A DNA stretch of 64,000 bases from a virus (IMGVR_UViG_3300013105_000843:1-64000); one strand, 5' to 3'. Counted from the stretch's first letter, positions 48,011-58,233 are shown. Program-made: numbers and translations. The notes: generated by a model from the sequence alone, not told the origin.

Positions 48011-49369
48011 TCAGAAAAGGCTGGGCTGCACCGCCGGGGGCAGCGACCACGCGCGGCCGTCGGCCAGTGCTGCGAGCACGTCGCCATGGCAGAGCGCATG
48101 AGGGTTTTCTTTCGTCTTGCACCAGCAGCCGAGCCGCTTGCCCTTGAGCAGATGCACCTTGCCCAGCAACGCCTCGTTGCTTTGCGCATAGTCGGCGAAC
48201 TTCTGGACCACCTCCTCGCGCGTGCCGTCTTCCCCGATACGGAAGGGATTGGCGAACTCCGACTGCTTGAACGCACTGCCATCACCCATCTGCCGGCCGA
48301 TGTAGACGTCATACGGCTCCTCGCGTACATGCACCACGCGCGTCTCCGAGAACGACACATCCGCACCGGTGAGTGGCACCGTCCGCTTGCGCGGACCGAG
48401 CCACGGCTGCCAGGGTTCCGGGAACGAACAGTTGCTCGGCGCCTTCACGAAGAGCGGCGCGACCTGCTCGTCCTGGTAGCCCGCCAGGCCGCACCCGACG
48501 CGCGTGACAAAGAACCGCTCAGCCTCGTGCGCTTTCGCGTACGCGATGAACTTGTCGACGTACTGGCGGATGCTCTCGAGCGACAGGGTCTGTTCGGGGT
48601 CGTTGAACGATGGCCGTTCGTTGCCCGTAAGGGGCCGGCCGTCTTTCGTCGGAATGCCGAAACTCTGACCCTGTAGCCCAGCTCCCACGCCGGCCTGCGC
48701 GCCGAACTGCTCCTTTGCTACCGCAGCAGCTCCTTTGCCATGCCGTCCCGCGAGATTCGAGCCGAAGACGAACACTTCGCCGTTGCACGGCAGCGTGTTG
48801 TCCGGATGGAACTCTCGGTCCTCGGCCAGCACGTGCGCGACAAAGCGGTCGTAGCCGTCCGGCTTGGCCAGGTTGAACACAGGGATGCCCCAGCGGTCCG
48901 CCAGCACAATCGCGGTGGCCGTGCCGCCCGTGTCGCGGGTGCGCTGCGCTTCCGACTCGCAACCATCGCGGGTCCAGCACAGCACGAACGACACTGGCGT
49001 GGCGATATCCTCACCGAGCACCTGTCCTACATTGCGCGCGTGGAGACTGCGCGGGCCGCGCGTGAGGCGCTCCCACGCGGGATGAACCATCTCGGCCATC
49101 TCGTAGTGCGTTTCGCTGGGATACAGTTTCGTATCCGGATGGTCGTTGAAGCCCGGCCACGGCAGCCAGATTTCCTTGATGCCGCGGACTGCGATGCAAC
49201 CTTCCTCGAACGCCGTGTCCGCGCCGGGAGCCGCGCCGGAGCGCAGCACATAACCACGCGCGGCGAGCCTGCCCGCGAGCTTTTTCATCAGCTCCAGCAC
49301 ATGGTCGGGCGTCTCGCGCGAGCCCACGCCGGCATAGAATCGATTTGCAATACCAGTTACAGGTTTCAT
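48011..49369 (-). CDS. Three-domain fusion: SLOG/DprA-like, phage macro-like, DUF4326
   Basis: YAGVGSRETP/LRSGAAPGAD; VFVFGSNLAGRHGKGAA/TRVGCGLAG; YIGR/ANPF/LGCWC/CHGDVL. Confidence 0.8.
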   Translation of the reverse strand: MKPVTGIANRFYAGVGSRETPDHVLELMKKLAGRLAARGYVLRSGAAPGADTAFEEGCIAVRGIKEIWLPWPGFNDHPDTKLYPSETHYEMAEMVHPAWERLTRGPRSLHARNVGQVLGEDIATPVSFVLCWTRDGCESEAQRTRDTGGTATAIVLADRWGIPVFNLAKPDGYDRFVAHVLAEDREFHPDNTLPCNGEVFVFGSNLAGRHGKGAAAVAKEQFGAQAGVGAGLQGQSFGIPTKDGRPLTGNERPSFNDPEQTLSLESIRQYVDKFIAYAKAHEAERFFVTRVGCGLAGYQDEQVAPLFVKAPSNCSFPEPWQPWLGPRKRTVPLTGADVSFSETRVVHVREEPYDVYIGRQMGDGSAFKQSEFANPFRIGEDGTREEVVQKFADYAQSNEALLGKVHLLKGKRLGCWCKTKENPHALCHGDVLAALADGRAWSLPPAVQPSLF

Positions 49370-49541
49370 GGGGACCTCTCTTCGTAATTGACCTGGTGTC
49401 GTATAGGTCTAAAACGAGTGCGAGAAGGTAGTAGCGAGGCTTCGTTGAGTCGCTATAATATACCACGTAACGCGTAATACGCAACGTCAGAATGTTGCGC
49501 CCTCCAAGGCGCAGGTTCCCCATCACGTTCAGGAGCGTCGA

Positions 49542-49961
49542 ATGGTAGCGGTTGTCGTGCCCCGTCAGCATGAAGAAAAGCCTGTCTTTGTCAGCGTGCC
49601 GCGCAGTGTGGCCCTACCCCTTGCAGTGCGTGCGGCCGCGCGTCTCGAGCGCGAGCTGGCGTCGACCGAGCAGGACATGGTGGACAAAGAGCTGGCCCGG
49701 AGGGAAAGGTGGAACCGGCGCTGGTGGGTGCGGCTGCTGCCGTTTCTGAAGGCTGACACGTCGCGCGCCGCCATCGACGTCTGGGACACCGGTGGCGGCG
49801 ATGTTCTGGCACGGCTCGACGAAGTGTTCCTGCTCTCTTGGCTGGAGTCCCAGGCCAGGGAAGCGCGTCGTGTCGCCGCCGCTGCGCGAGGCGCTACGGC
49901 GGCGAACATTAGCGTCGAGCAACGAGTGCTGGACGTCATCGAGCGGTGGGCGGCGAAGTGA
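49542..49961 (+). CDS. Hypothetical protein
   Basis: AGGAG RBS, 139 aa. Confidence 0.55.
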   Translation: MVAVVVPRQHEEKPVFVSVPRSVALPLAVRAAARLERELASTEQDMVDKELARRERWNRRWWVRLLPFLKADTSRAAIDVWDTGGGDVLARLDEVFLLSWLESQAREARRVAAAARGATAANISVEQRVLDVIERWAAK

Positions 49962-50013
49962 CCCGCAGCGCTTCCCCGTCTGAGCGTGTCTGGACTCCGA
50001 TGAACCCCCCCGG

Positions 50014-50562
50014 CTAGTGCGCCTTGCAGGCGACCTCGCCCAGCCACTCAGCCAGGATACCTGGAGCGAAGCTCGCACCGACGTGTCGCTCGAGCAGAGC
50101 GCGGTCCTCCGCGATGGCCGTATCGACGGCGGCGCGCAGTACATCGAAGTGGGCGGCGAACAGTTCTCCGTGCTGATGCCACGGTGCGCAGGCCCGCTTG
50201 GCCCTTGCCTCGAGCCCGTGCGCGTCATATACCGACCAGCTGAACACGATGAGCCAGGGCGTGGCCATGCCGGCGCCGCCCAGTTCGGCGACGCGTGTCT
50301 GCACTGCACGCCGCGTGCAGCCGAGTTTGTACAGCCCCGGCCACGAGGCATTGGCAGCCAAGTACAGATGGCCTGCGCGGGCGGCGCACCAGAGTGGCAG
50401 CCCCTCGACGAGGGCTTCGCGCTCGAGGTCACCGATTTCGCTGTCGTCGAACGTGACCGGCACGCCCCGGCGCGCCTGCTGAACCGCGCGCCGCGCTGCG
50501 GGCAGCGGCTCGAGCTGTTCGAGCACGCGCGGATGTTGCTGCAGCGGGGCCGCGCGGTTCAT
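50014..50562 (-). CDS. GIY-YIG/T5orf172-domain protein
   Basis: GHLYLAAN...LYKLGCT...RVAEL...LE...ELF. Confidence 0.75.
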   Translation of the reverse strand: MNRAAPLQQHPRVLEQLEPLPAARRAVQQARRGVPVTFDDSEIGDLEREALVEGLPLWCAARAGHLYLAANASWPGLYKLGCTRRAVQTRVAELGGAGMATPWLIVFSWSVYDAHGLEARAKRACAPWHQHGELFAAHFDVLRAAVDTAIAEDRALLERHVGASFAPGILAEWLGEVACKAH

Positions 50563-51293
50563 ATCAGGTCCAGTTGCCGGACATTGGCCACTGCCCGCAG
50601 CGCCGGCCGAATCACTGACGGCGGGGACACCTGCTCAATCGGGACGCCGCGGCGCAACTGGGCGACGGCGTGGCTGATGGACGTCTTCGCGCCGTCACCC
50701 TGAAGCACTCGGGGGTGCGGGAACAGCGATTTCGCAAAGTCGACGATAGGCGAGCCATCATGGGCCAGACCGAGGCACATCAACGGCACGGGGATTTTTT
50801 CAAAGACCGTGTCGGACACCTCGGCGACTCGCCGCAAGGTCGTCTCGTGGGTCGAAAGCCCCGAGTCGGTAAGATTCGCGGTCTCGTCGGTCAACGAGAC
50901 ATGGATGGCGAGCGCGAGCCTGCCCTGTGCCTGCAAGTGCAGGAACTTGAAGATATCGCTGTAGAAACGGCCCACGTTGCCGAGCTGGACCTCCACGGCG
51001 ACCACCTGGCCGCCGCCGACCTGTCGGCAGAAGTCCACCCGCATGCCATTCGCGCCATCGCTGGCGCCGGTTGCCCGCCATTCGCGCTCCCAGCCCCGGT
51101 CTACCAGTTCCTGTTCGATGTAGGCGTTGAGCACCGGCTGCAGCACGCTTTTGGCCGCCTGCTTTTCCGACTTTCCCCGCCAGTACGGCACCGGCGTAGC
51201 CACGAGTGCGTCAAGCACACTGGCCGCGCATGCCGCCACCTGCTCGTCCCGGAGCGCGCGCTCAGTCTGGTGGTCGAAACGGATGACTTGCAT
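50559..51293 (-). CDS. BglII/BstYI-family restriction endonuclease-like protein
   Basis: RVDF...AVEVQLGN...FYSDIFKF. Confidence 0.75.
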   Translation of the reverse strand: MQVIRFDHQTERALRDEQVAACAASVLDALVATPVPYWRGKSEKQAAKSVLQPVLNAYIEQELVDRGWEREWRATGASDGANGMRVDFCRQVGGGQVVAVEVQLGNVGRFYSDIFKFLHLQAQGRLALAIHVSLTDETANLTDSGLSTHETTLRRVAEVSDTVFEKIPVPLMCLGLAHDGSPIVDFAKSLFPHPRVLQGDGAKTSISHAVAQLRRGVPIEQVSPPSVIRPALRAVANVRQLDLI

Positions 51294-51377
51294 GTGGCTT
51301 CGCCTTTGGCAAAGCCACGTATAGTTTCAGTTGAAAACCATAAACCGTCGAGTAACGATGGACGCGCTGCCGCGGGT

Positions 51378-51581
51378 CTACTCCGGATGCCCCGCGTAAC
51401 AGCCGAGCAGCGCGAAGACTGCCGTGAACTCGTACTGGCACGTTTCGCACGTGTACTCCTGATGCACCGTCATGGAGCCGATGCCGCACGCCCCGGCGGT
51501 GAGCCGGGTTGACTGGCATGCGGGGCAGAGAGTCAGCGACTGCTTGACCACCCTGGCCTTCCACTCGTCGGAATTCAGCAT
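51378..51581 (-). CDS. Small zinc-ribbon protein
   Basis: GGAGG RBS, CPAC...CETC. Confidence 0.65.
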   Translation of the reverse strand: MLNSDEWKARVVKQSLTLCPACQSTRLTAGACGIGSMTVHQEYTCETCQYEFTAVFALLGCYAGHPE

Positions 51582-51708
51582 CGTACCTCCCCTCGCCCTG
51601 GTTCCTGGCATGGTAGTGGGCTTTGGGGATAGCCGCCAGCCGGGCGCGCTCCGGGATTAAATCTGCGATTGGCTCGCGAGCGTTGAGACGTTTCAACGTC
51701 AGGGTAAA

Positions 51709-52218
51709 ATGAAGCACTCGACCGCTTTATCCAGACGCCAGAATCCTGTGAGCCGAAACCTCTCCGCCACCCGCAAACCTGTCCGAAAAACCATCTCTCC
51801 CTTGCTCGGCAAGCTGATGGCGACCGAAGCGGCACCCAATCTCCTTCTCCTCCAGCCCTATGTCGCCCTTGATGTCCTCTGCAGGGGCAAAGGCTCGTCC
51901 GGTGTTGTCACGATATTGGGGCAGCATCTGATTATCTCGGAGCAGTTGTGCCGGGCCGGGTTTGAGCGGACGCAGCTGGGTCCAATCCGGCAAGGCCATG
52001 CGGCGCTCGTGCGCATCGACGGGCAGGCGAAAGAGGGTGGCTCGTGGAGAGCTGAAGGCCAAGATTACGAAGCGCTGCGCGATGCGCTTCAGGTCTACGA
52101 CCGTCAGCTGAGCAGCGCCGCGGCGGCAGAAATCAGGATGGCTCAGTCAGCGATGTCGGAGATGCTCAACTCGCGCCGACAGAAACTCGCTGAGCAGCAG
52201 ACGAGTGCTGTGCGTTGA
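51709..52218 (+). CDS. Hypothetical protein
   Basis: 169-aa ORF. Confidence 0.6.
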   Translation: MKHSTALSRRQNPVSRNLSATRKPVRKTISPLLGKLMATEAAPNLLLLQPYVALDVLCRGKGSSGVVTILGQHLIISEQLCRAGFERTQLGPIRQGHAALVRIDGQAKEGGSWRAEGQDYEALRDALQVYDRQLSSAAAAEIRMAQSAMSEMLNSRRQKLAEQQTSAVR

Positions 52219-52234
52219 CGCGCGGCATTGCGCT

Positions 52235-52765
52235 TCAGGGCGAAATCGACAGCAGATATGCCGTCGGGTCGCGCAACATGGCCGGCCGCTCCTCGTGCAC
52301 CAGCCATTCGGGCGCGACGCGACTGCCTGCGGTATGGAGTTCCAGGTGCAGCATCGAGCGCGGCCGGCCCTTGTCCCTGGCCAGCACCGGCGTCACGTGG
52401 CCGAGCACCGTGCCCGCCGGCACCCGCGAACCGGAAGTCACACACGGCAGGAGTTCACCATACACCACGACACCTGACTGCCCCTCGACGAACACGGCCC
52501 ACGTATCGAGCCACCACGGTAGCCCCGCGTGCGGCCCGGTGAACGGCGTCACGGCGACCACCTCCCCCTCCTCCACGGCACTCACCGGCGTTCCCTGCGG
52601 CACGTAAAGGTCGACGCCCTCATGAGTGTGGTGCCGGCGCCGCACGCCGAACGCACTAGGGTGCGGCGGCAGCGGCAAGCCCGTGTGCCCGGCGGGCATG
52701 GTGGTGAACGACTCGCCATCGTCGGTGGGCACCAGCAGGAAGGGAATGGGCGTCAGCCAGGTCAT
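52235..52765 (-). CDS. M23-family metallopeptidase
   Basis: FGVRR..HEGVDL..GTPVSA, LHLEL, DPTAYL; no signal peptide. Confidence 0.85.
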   Translation of the reverse strand: MTWLTPIPFLLVPTDDGESFTTMPAGHTGLPLPPHPSAFGVRRRHHTHEGVDLYVPQGTPVSAVEEGEVVAVTPFTGPHAGLPWWLDTWAVFVEGQSGVVVYGELLPCVTSGSRVPAGTVLGHVTPVLARDKGRPRSMLHLELHTAGSRVAPEWLVHEERPAMLRDPTAYLLSISP

Positions 52766-52778
52766 GATGTGCTGGCGC

Positions 52779-53324
52779 TCAAAAGGCGCACGAGAGCACA
52801 GTGAGTAAGGCGGCAGCCAGCGCCAGTCCTCCAGCGATAATCGGTAGGTACGCGAGCACCACGACGATAGCCGTGGCAACGAAAACCAGTATCTCGGGCA
52901 CGCCACCCGCCGCCAGGAAAGCGTCATATAACGCCTGGGCAGACGGTTGGAACGTGTACAGCCACACGTACAACCCCAGACCGAAGACGAACATCAGCGA
53001 GACGACAGCGATGCGTCGACCCGACCAGATGACCGCATCAACCTTCCAGATGCACAATCCCACTCCGCCGACCAGATGGCCTCCGAGAAGGGCCAACATG
53101 AACCAGCAGAGCACCGGGTGATGTGCGGGCCATTGGATGGCCGCGACGGCCATGCTGATGACGTCGAAAGCACGGGAGAGCCAGTCACCGAGCCGCACAA
53201 GCCCAGGGCCCACGGTGAACGGACTCGTCACCAACAGTACGAGCGCGAAAATGATAACCAGATAGAGACGCAGCGGCGTCACGCGACGCCAATTGGCTGC
53301 AGTCGAATTCGAAGCGGTGGCCAT
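52779..53324 (-). CDS. Membrane protein, paralogue A
   Basis: TPLRLYL...TSPFTVGPG...DAFLAAGGVP. Confidence 0.7.
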   Translation of the reverse strand: MATASNSTAANWRRVTPLRLYLVIIFALVLLVTSPFTVGPGLVRLGDWLSRAFDVISMAVAAIQWPAHHPVLCWFMLALLGGHLVGGVGLCIWKVDAVIWSGRRIAVVSLMFVFGLGLYVWLYTFQPSAQALYDAFLAAGGVPEILVFVATAIVVVLAYLPIIAGGLALAAALLTVLSCAF

Positions 53325-53358
53325 GGGAATATCCTTGTCTTGTTGGCTTTCCGCGCGG

Positions 53359-53886
53359 TCACGCGCAGTTTTCTTCAGCTGCCGCACCCACGGTCAACAT
53401 AACGACGACGACCACTGCGCCATGGGGAATGTTGGCTAGAATCACCACCAGCGCGGTTGCAATGAAATTCAGCCATGTCGGTACGCCGCCTGCCGCCGAA
53501 AACGCATCGAACAGGTTTCCGATGGTGGGCGATGCCCAGAAGAACCACTGCTGGGCCGCCACGCCGATGATGCATCCGACTGCGGTCAATGCGATAAAGA
53601 GGCCGCGCGAACCGCCTTTCTTTTTCGCCGGGACGGCCAGTGCGCCGCTAAACAGGGAAAAGCCGATGGCTGCGGTAACGAACCAGGACGAGAGCGGGTT
53701 CCGCGCAGCCCACGCCTTTGTCGAGTCGAACAGACCGGAAAGCACCGTACCGGTATGTGCGAAACCGGGGCCGACCGTGAACGGACTCGTTATGACAAGC
53801 AGAAGCAGCGCCGTGCCGAGAAGGTACGCGCGCAGCGGCGTGAGGCGAAACCCGCAATTGGCGGGGGACTGGGTAACGGTGGTCAT
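53359..53886 (-). CDS. Membrane protein, paralogue B
   Basis: TPLRAYL...TSPFTVGPG...DAFSAAGGVP. Confidence 0.7.
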   Translation of the reverse strand: MTTVTQSPANCGFRLTPLRAYLLGTALLLLVITSPFTVGPGFAHTGTVLSGLFDSTKAWAARNPLSSWFVTAAIGFSLFSGALAVPAKKKGGSRGLFIALTAVGCIIGVAAQQWFFWASPTIGNLFDAFSAAGGVPTWLNFIATALVVILANIPHGAVVVVVMLTVGAAAEENCA

Positions 53887-53921
53887 GATTTTGGCCTTAT
53901 GTGTGGTCGGGTGCTGAGCAA

Positions 53922-54317
53922 TCAGGTCCGGGAGGGCGGCGGGACCGCGCCCGCGCCGAAAAGCTCACGCAGTCTGGCCACGCGCTCGGTGTCCAACAGC
54001 GCGGGATTCTCGAGCACGCGCTGGGCGCGATAGCGAGCGGCAGACAGCATGTCGAGCTGAACATGAAGCTTCGCGAGCGATTCGCCGGCCGGGCCGAGCC
54101 GTTTCGCTGTGTGCAGGAAGACCTTGCCATGGTCCCAGTCGAAGCCGGCCGACGCGTCGGTGATGGCCACCGTCGGACGGCCGCCCATAATGGTGTAGCC
54201 GGGGTCGAAGGCGATGACAGCAGGCTGGTCGCCCTGCCCTGCCGCGCACATGGCGTTCAGGCGTTCCGCCAGTTCGAGGACAGACAGTCCCAGCTCGTCG
54301 TGAGTCGATGCGGTCAT
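53922..54317 (-). CDS. Hypothetical phage-like protein
   Basis: AGFDWDHGK motif. Confidence 0.7.
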   Translation of the reverse strand: MTASTHDELGLSVLELAERLNAMCAAGQGDQPAVIAFDPGYTIMGGRPTVAITDASAGFDWDHGKVFLHTAKRLGPAGESLAKLHVQLDMLSAARYRAQRVLENPALLDTERVARLRELFGAGAVPPPSRT

Positions 54318-54602
54318 GATGAACTCCTCTACAGAAGTTCATGAACTATACCAATAAATGCCTTATTTGACAAGTTATGTTTGTGCGGGGTCACTCTGTG
54401 GCCCAGGGCACAACGTGCGCGCCGCCGCTTACTGGGCCACACCCATGACCAGGCCGTCGTCACGTGGCATGCCGACGAGGCTAGGCCCATCCGGGCATCC
54501 TTCCTTGTGCGGTGTGCCGATGAGCGCGAGGCAGTGCGGGCAGAGGTTGGCGGCCGCGGCTGGCGTGGTCGGGGGAATTGTGTTGTTCGGGTCCATCGCG
54601 CG

Positions 54603-55022
54603 CTACCCCTGACGAGTTTCGCGAGCTTTGCGGTCTAGAAATTCTACCAACCCAACGGTTTCGCTATTCTCGACCATCACCTCGAACTCTGAACGTCCCC
54701 AACGGGTCAGCCTGGCCTCGCGAAAAAGTCGCACGTTACGGCTGCTGTCAGCCGCAACCTTTCGGTCGGAGGGGGCCATCGATGCGGCAAGCCCTTCTTC
54801 CCACTGCTCGGCACAGATGAAAACCGCGAACGCCACTTTCTGTTCGGCAGCGTCGAGCTGTGCGAGCTTTCGGCCCTTGAGCTTGCGCATCGCCTCTGCC
54901 TCGGCCCGTGCTGCCTTCCAGTGTTCGCTCTCACGCGGATAAGCATCCGCCAGCGCCAGGCGGTCGGCGATGGCGAGAGGCAGCGCACGGGAGAACAACG
55001 TATCGTGGGAAAGCTTGGGCAT
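54603..55022 (-). CDS. Hypothetical protein
   Basis: AAGGA RBS. Confidence 0.65.
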   Translation of the reverse strand: MPKLSHDTLFSRALPLAIADRLALADAYPRESEHWKAARAEAEAMRKLKGRKLAQLDAAEQKVAFAVFICAEQWEEGLAASMAPSDRKVAADSSRNVRLFREARLTRWGRSEFEVMVENSETVGLVEFLDRKARETRQG

Positions 55023-55054
55023 ATCCGGTTCCTTTGGCAACGACGCGTACTGTA

Positions 55055-55804
55055 TCAGGCCTGGCGCGCGAAGCGGCTACGCCGATGCTGCAGATTCAGC
55101 GACTGCACGGTAGCGTAGCGCGGCACCACCTTCCCGCAGAGCGCTTCGACCCGGGCGCGATACGCGGCAAAGCCGTTTTCGGGTCTTTCGTTGTGCGGAG
55201 GTAGCGCGAGCATGCGGTATCGGCGCTCAGGGACAAAGCCGCCCGGTGCGCGTTCGTTTTCGTCGAGGAAGGCGACCGCCTGGTCCTCGTCGAGATGCAG
55301 GCTGACCGGCGCATCCTGGCGCCCCTGGCCCGCCGCCCACTCGGCGGTTGGCGCATACGTGACCACGACGACTTCGAAGGCTGCCTGATGGCGCAGCTTC
55401 CGGTTGTGCGCGTCCGCCATTTCGACGTGAAGCCGACGCAGCTCATCCGCGCATGCGGCCGACACCGCCGAGACAGTCGACAGATTGCGCAGGCAGCGCG
55501 CTTCCTGGGCCGCCTCCGACTCTTCCCCGCGCGGTCCGGTGTCGATGAACGCCCAGTCGCACACGAGCCGGAGCTGGCCACGGTGCCACATGCGTACCTT
55601 CACCGGCGCGTCGCCGTCGACATCGCGACCCCACTTCAGGTCCAACATCTCGCCGACGAGGTCATCGGCGGTGGTCAGCACTTCGCGCGGGATATTCGGC
55701 CAGTCCCCGTCGCCGTGGTCCGGCGTCATGAGGAAGGCCTTGAGCTTCGCGAGACAGGCGTCGACGGCGGCCTCGTGCTTTTTCATGTTGATGCGGTCGG
55801 TCAT
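55055..55804 (-). CDS. Hypothetical protein
   Basis: GAGGA RBS, 249 aa. Confidence 0.7.
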   Translation of the reverse strand: MTDRINMKKHEAAVDACLAKLKAFLMTPDHGDGDWPNIPREVLTTADDLVGEMLDLKWGRDVDGDAPVKVRMWHRGQLRLVCDWAFIDTGPRGEESEAAQEARCLRNLSTVSAVSAACADELRRLHVEMADAHNRKLRHQAAFEVVVVTYAPTAEWAAGQGRQDAPVSLHLDEDQAVAFLDENERAPGGFVPERRYRMLALPPHNERPENGFAAYRARVEALCGKVVPRYATVQSLNLQHRRSRFARQA

Positions 55805-55825
55805 GGTGTGTCCTCGATGCCTGAG

Positions 55826-56341
55826 TCAGTAGAGGTCGTCTTCGCTGCGGACCTTGAGCGCGCCGTCACGCCATCTGAATTCCCACGTCGTGTAGCAGTT
55901 GTGGCTAGTTTCGACGTGCAGGAATCCCCACAGCGAACCGTCCTCGTTCAGCCGCGCGGAATTGATGCGGTTGACGCGAGCTGTGACCTGCTGGCCCGAC
56001 ACATCGTTGAGCAGCTGGCGGCCGTCGGGCAGCGTGACGGCGCCGGCGGCCAGGAGCGCAGCCAGCTGCGCCGAAGCGTCGGCATTCGCCTGCGCGATGT
56101 TGGCCCGCATCCGCTGATTGAGCGAAGCACGGGCTTCGCGAAACGTGTCGATGAGCTGCTGGCCGTCAACGCCGAGACAACGAACCAGCAACGCGACGCT
56201 CGAGTCGTCGCGCTCGACGCCTTTCAGCACGAGGCTCAGCATGATGCTGGCAGAGAGCTGTCGCTCAGCCGCGGTGACGGCTTGCGCCAGGGCCTTTGCG
56301 TCGACCGTGCCGACGCTCCCGGTGACAGCACATTCATCCAT
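55826..56341 (-). CDS. Hypothetical protein
   Basis: GGAG RBS. Confidence 0.6.
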   Translation of the reverse strand: MDECAVTGSVGTVDAKALAQAVTAAERQLSASIMLSLVLKGVERDDSSVALLVRCLGVDGQQLIDTFREARASLNQRMRANIAQANADASAQLAALLAAGAVTLPDGRQLLNDVSGQQVTARVNRINSARLNEDGSLWGFLHVETSHNCYTTWEFRWRDGALKVRSEDDLY

Positions 56342-56397
56342 TCGGAACTCCACTAAGAAAGTAGCCGCACGCCGGGTCGACGTGCGTGGCGAGCGAA

Positions 56398-58233
56398 TCA
56401 GACCGTTGCTGGAACCAGGCGAATGCGTCCTTCGCCCGCGAGCACCTTCACGGTCGGGCAGCTGAACGGCTTCAGCGTCTCGGTCGGCACGTAGAGCTTG
56501 GCGCGCCCCGGCGAGTGTTCGGTGACCGTCATACCCCCCTCGCCCACCAGCTCGAGCTGAAGCTCGGACTCCATCGGCACGACGCGGTACTTCAGCCCCG
56601 GCGCGAAGCCGAACTGCTGGAGCCACTTGCCCTGCATCTGCAACCGCTTGCCCTCGGGAATCGAATAGCAGCCAACTTCCACGGCCGCGACCGGCTTGAC
56701 CCGATTGCGCTGGCGGCGAATGCGGCTCGCCTGCGCAACGTCCGACTGGCCCCGGTCGGTGCGCCGAGCCTTGGCGGCCGACTTGTGCTTGGCTGCGCGC
56801 CTTCCATACACGGGAAGCCCGTGGCGCTGCAGGAGCCGTTCAACATCCACTCGACCTACCGGCATCTGTTCGAGCCCCTCGCACAGCGCGGCGAGGTCGC
56901 TGTCCCAGCGCGTCAGGACCAGCCGGCCCGGCAGCGCGATGACCCGAAGCAAGGGCGCGTCGCGCAGCAGCGTCTGCTTGAGCGAGAAGTCGTGATAGGG
57001 CGAGTCCTGCGACGGACTGCCAACCCGGAAACTTGCCGCCGAGGCGGCATCGCACTTCTCGGCCACCAGGGCATTGTGATACTCGACCAGGTGGGCGGCG
57101 TCGCCGATGGCAAAGCCGGCGAGCGACCAGATGCGGCCGTAGACGTTCAGATGACCGTCAAGCACCGTCATGGCCTTCCATGTCGCCGGGCGGGCTTCAC
57201 CGGGCGCAAATACAGACAGGGGTGAAGCATTCCCGACAAGCGGGCGCCGCTCGTTGTCGAGGTCGATGGTGGGCTGCGCGAGCGGAGTGGCCGGCATGTC
57301 TTGTCGCGCGTCTTGCGAATTCGACAGAAGCAGCTCCTTGAGCGTCAGCCGCTGCGGGGTGCCATCGCAGAGGCGACCGATATTGGTTTCGGGCGTCGTC
57401 AAGATGAGCCGCCCGGGCAACGCGATGGCCCGAATCTTGTCAGCGTTGGCGATATCGCACAGCAGGCTGCCGACATAGTGCCGCGGTCGCTCGCTGTTGC
57501 CGTCTTTGACGAGGACGCTGTGCCTAGCGTCCTCGGTACACTTTTCCACGACCGTCGCGTTGCGATAACGGGTGAACCGTATCGCATCGCCAGCCACGAA
57601 GCCCGCGAGCCACCACACCGGGCCGGCAACGCTTGCGGTACGACTGACCGCGCCGGGACGCGTCAGGCAGAGCGTGAAATCCGACCAGCCGCGAACGTCA
57701 ATGCCGTTCGGACACAGTTCGTTTTTCAGCGCGGAGACGATGCCAAGGCCCATCCTTCGCCACATCTCATGCTCGTGCACTTCGACTTGAGCCGCAAGCT
57801 TCAGCGCATCAGTCATGGTCGTAACAATCAGATAGTCCGGACCCTGAACGAGGGCCATCGTGCGGTTGGTAATACGTTTCGGGACTCCGTAATTCCGGAC
57901 CAACGGGAAACCCTTGGACTCGGCACACTGCTGGAACTGCCCGCCGCGCGCATCGCCCCAGATGAGAACGCGATTGCCATGCGTCGCGACCTGAACACCT
58001 CGTTCGGGATGCATGCCGGCTTCGCGCATCAGCTTCACGGGAACGCGTAGTCGTGCCCACTGTCGCTTGAGCCCGAGGTTGGTGTGCACGGCAATGGCTG
58101 GCGCCAGCTCGGGCCAGTGGCGCAGCGCCGGATAGCCCAGCAGCCCAGTGCTTTTCAGTCCCGGGGTCTGCTTCTCGATGGCGGATGCCGGGGTCCCGGC
58201 AGGGGTCGGTTTCGAACTTGTCGATGCGTGCAT
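56398..58233 (-). CDS. Protein with four SymE/AbrB-like repeats
   Basis: LMREAGM, VWWLAGFVAGD, IWSLAGFAIGD, GKWLQQFGFAPG; IALPGRL occurs twice. Confidence 0.65.
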   Translation of the reverse strand: MHASTSSKPTPAGTPASAIEKQTPGLKSTGLLGYPALRHWPELAPAIAVHTNLGLKRQWARLRVPVKLMREAGMHPERGVQVATHGNRVLIWGDARGGQFQQCAESKGFPLVRNYGVPKRITNRTMALVQGPDYLIVTTMTDALKLAAQVEVHEHEMWRRMGLGIVSALKNELCPNGIDVRGWSDFTLCLTRPGAVSRTASVAGPVWWLAGFVAGDAIRFTRYRNATVVEKCTEDARHSVLVKDGNSERPRHYVGSLLCDIANADKIRAIALPGRLILTTPETNIGRLCDGTPQRLTLKELLLSNSQDARQDMPATPLAQPTIDLDNERRPLVGNASPLSVFAPGEARPATWKAMTVLDGHLNVYGRIWSLAGFAIGDAAHLVEYHNALVAEKCDAASAASFRVGSPSQDSPYHDFSLKQTLLRDAPLLRVIALPGRLVLTRWDSDLAALCEGLEQMPVGRVDVERLLQRHGLPVYGRRAAKHKSAAKARRTDRGQSDVAQASRIRRQRNRVKPVAAVEVGCYSIPEGKRLQMQGKWLQQFGFAPGLKYRVVPMESELQLELVGEGGMTVTEHSPGRAKLYVPTETLKPFSCPTVKVLAGEGRIRLVPATV

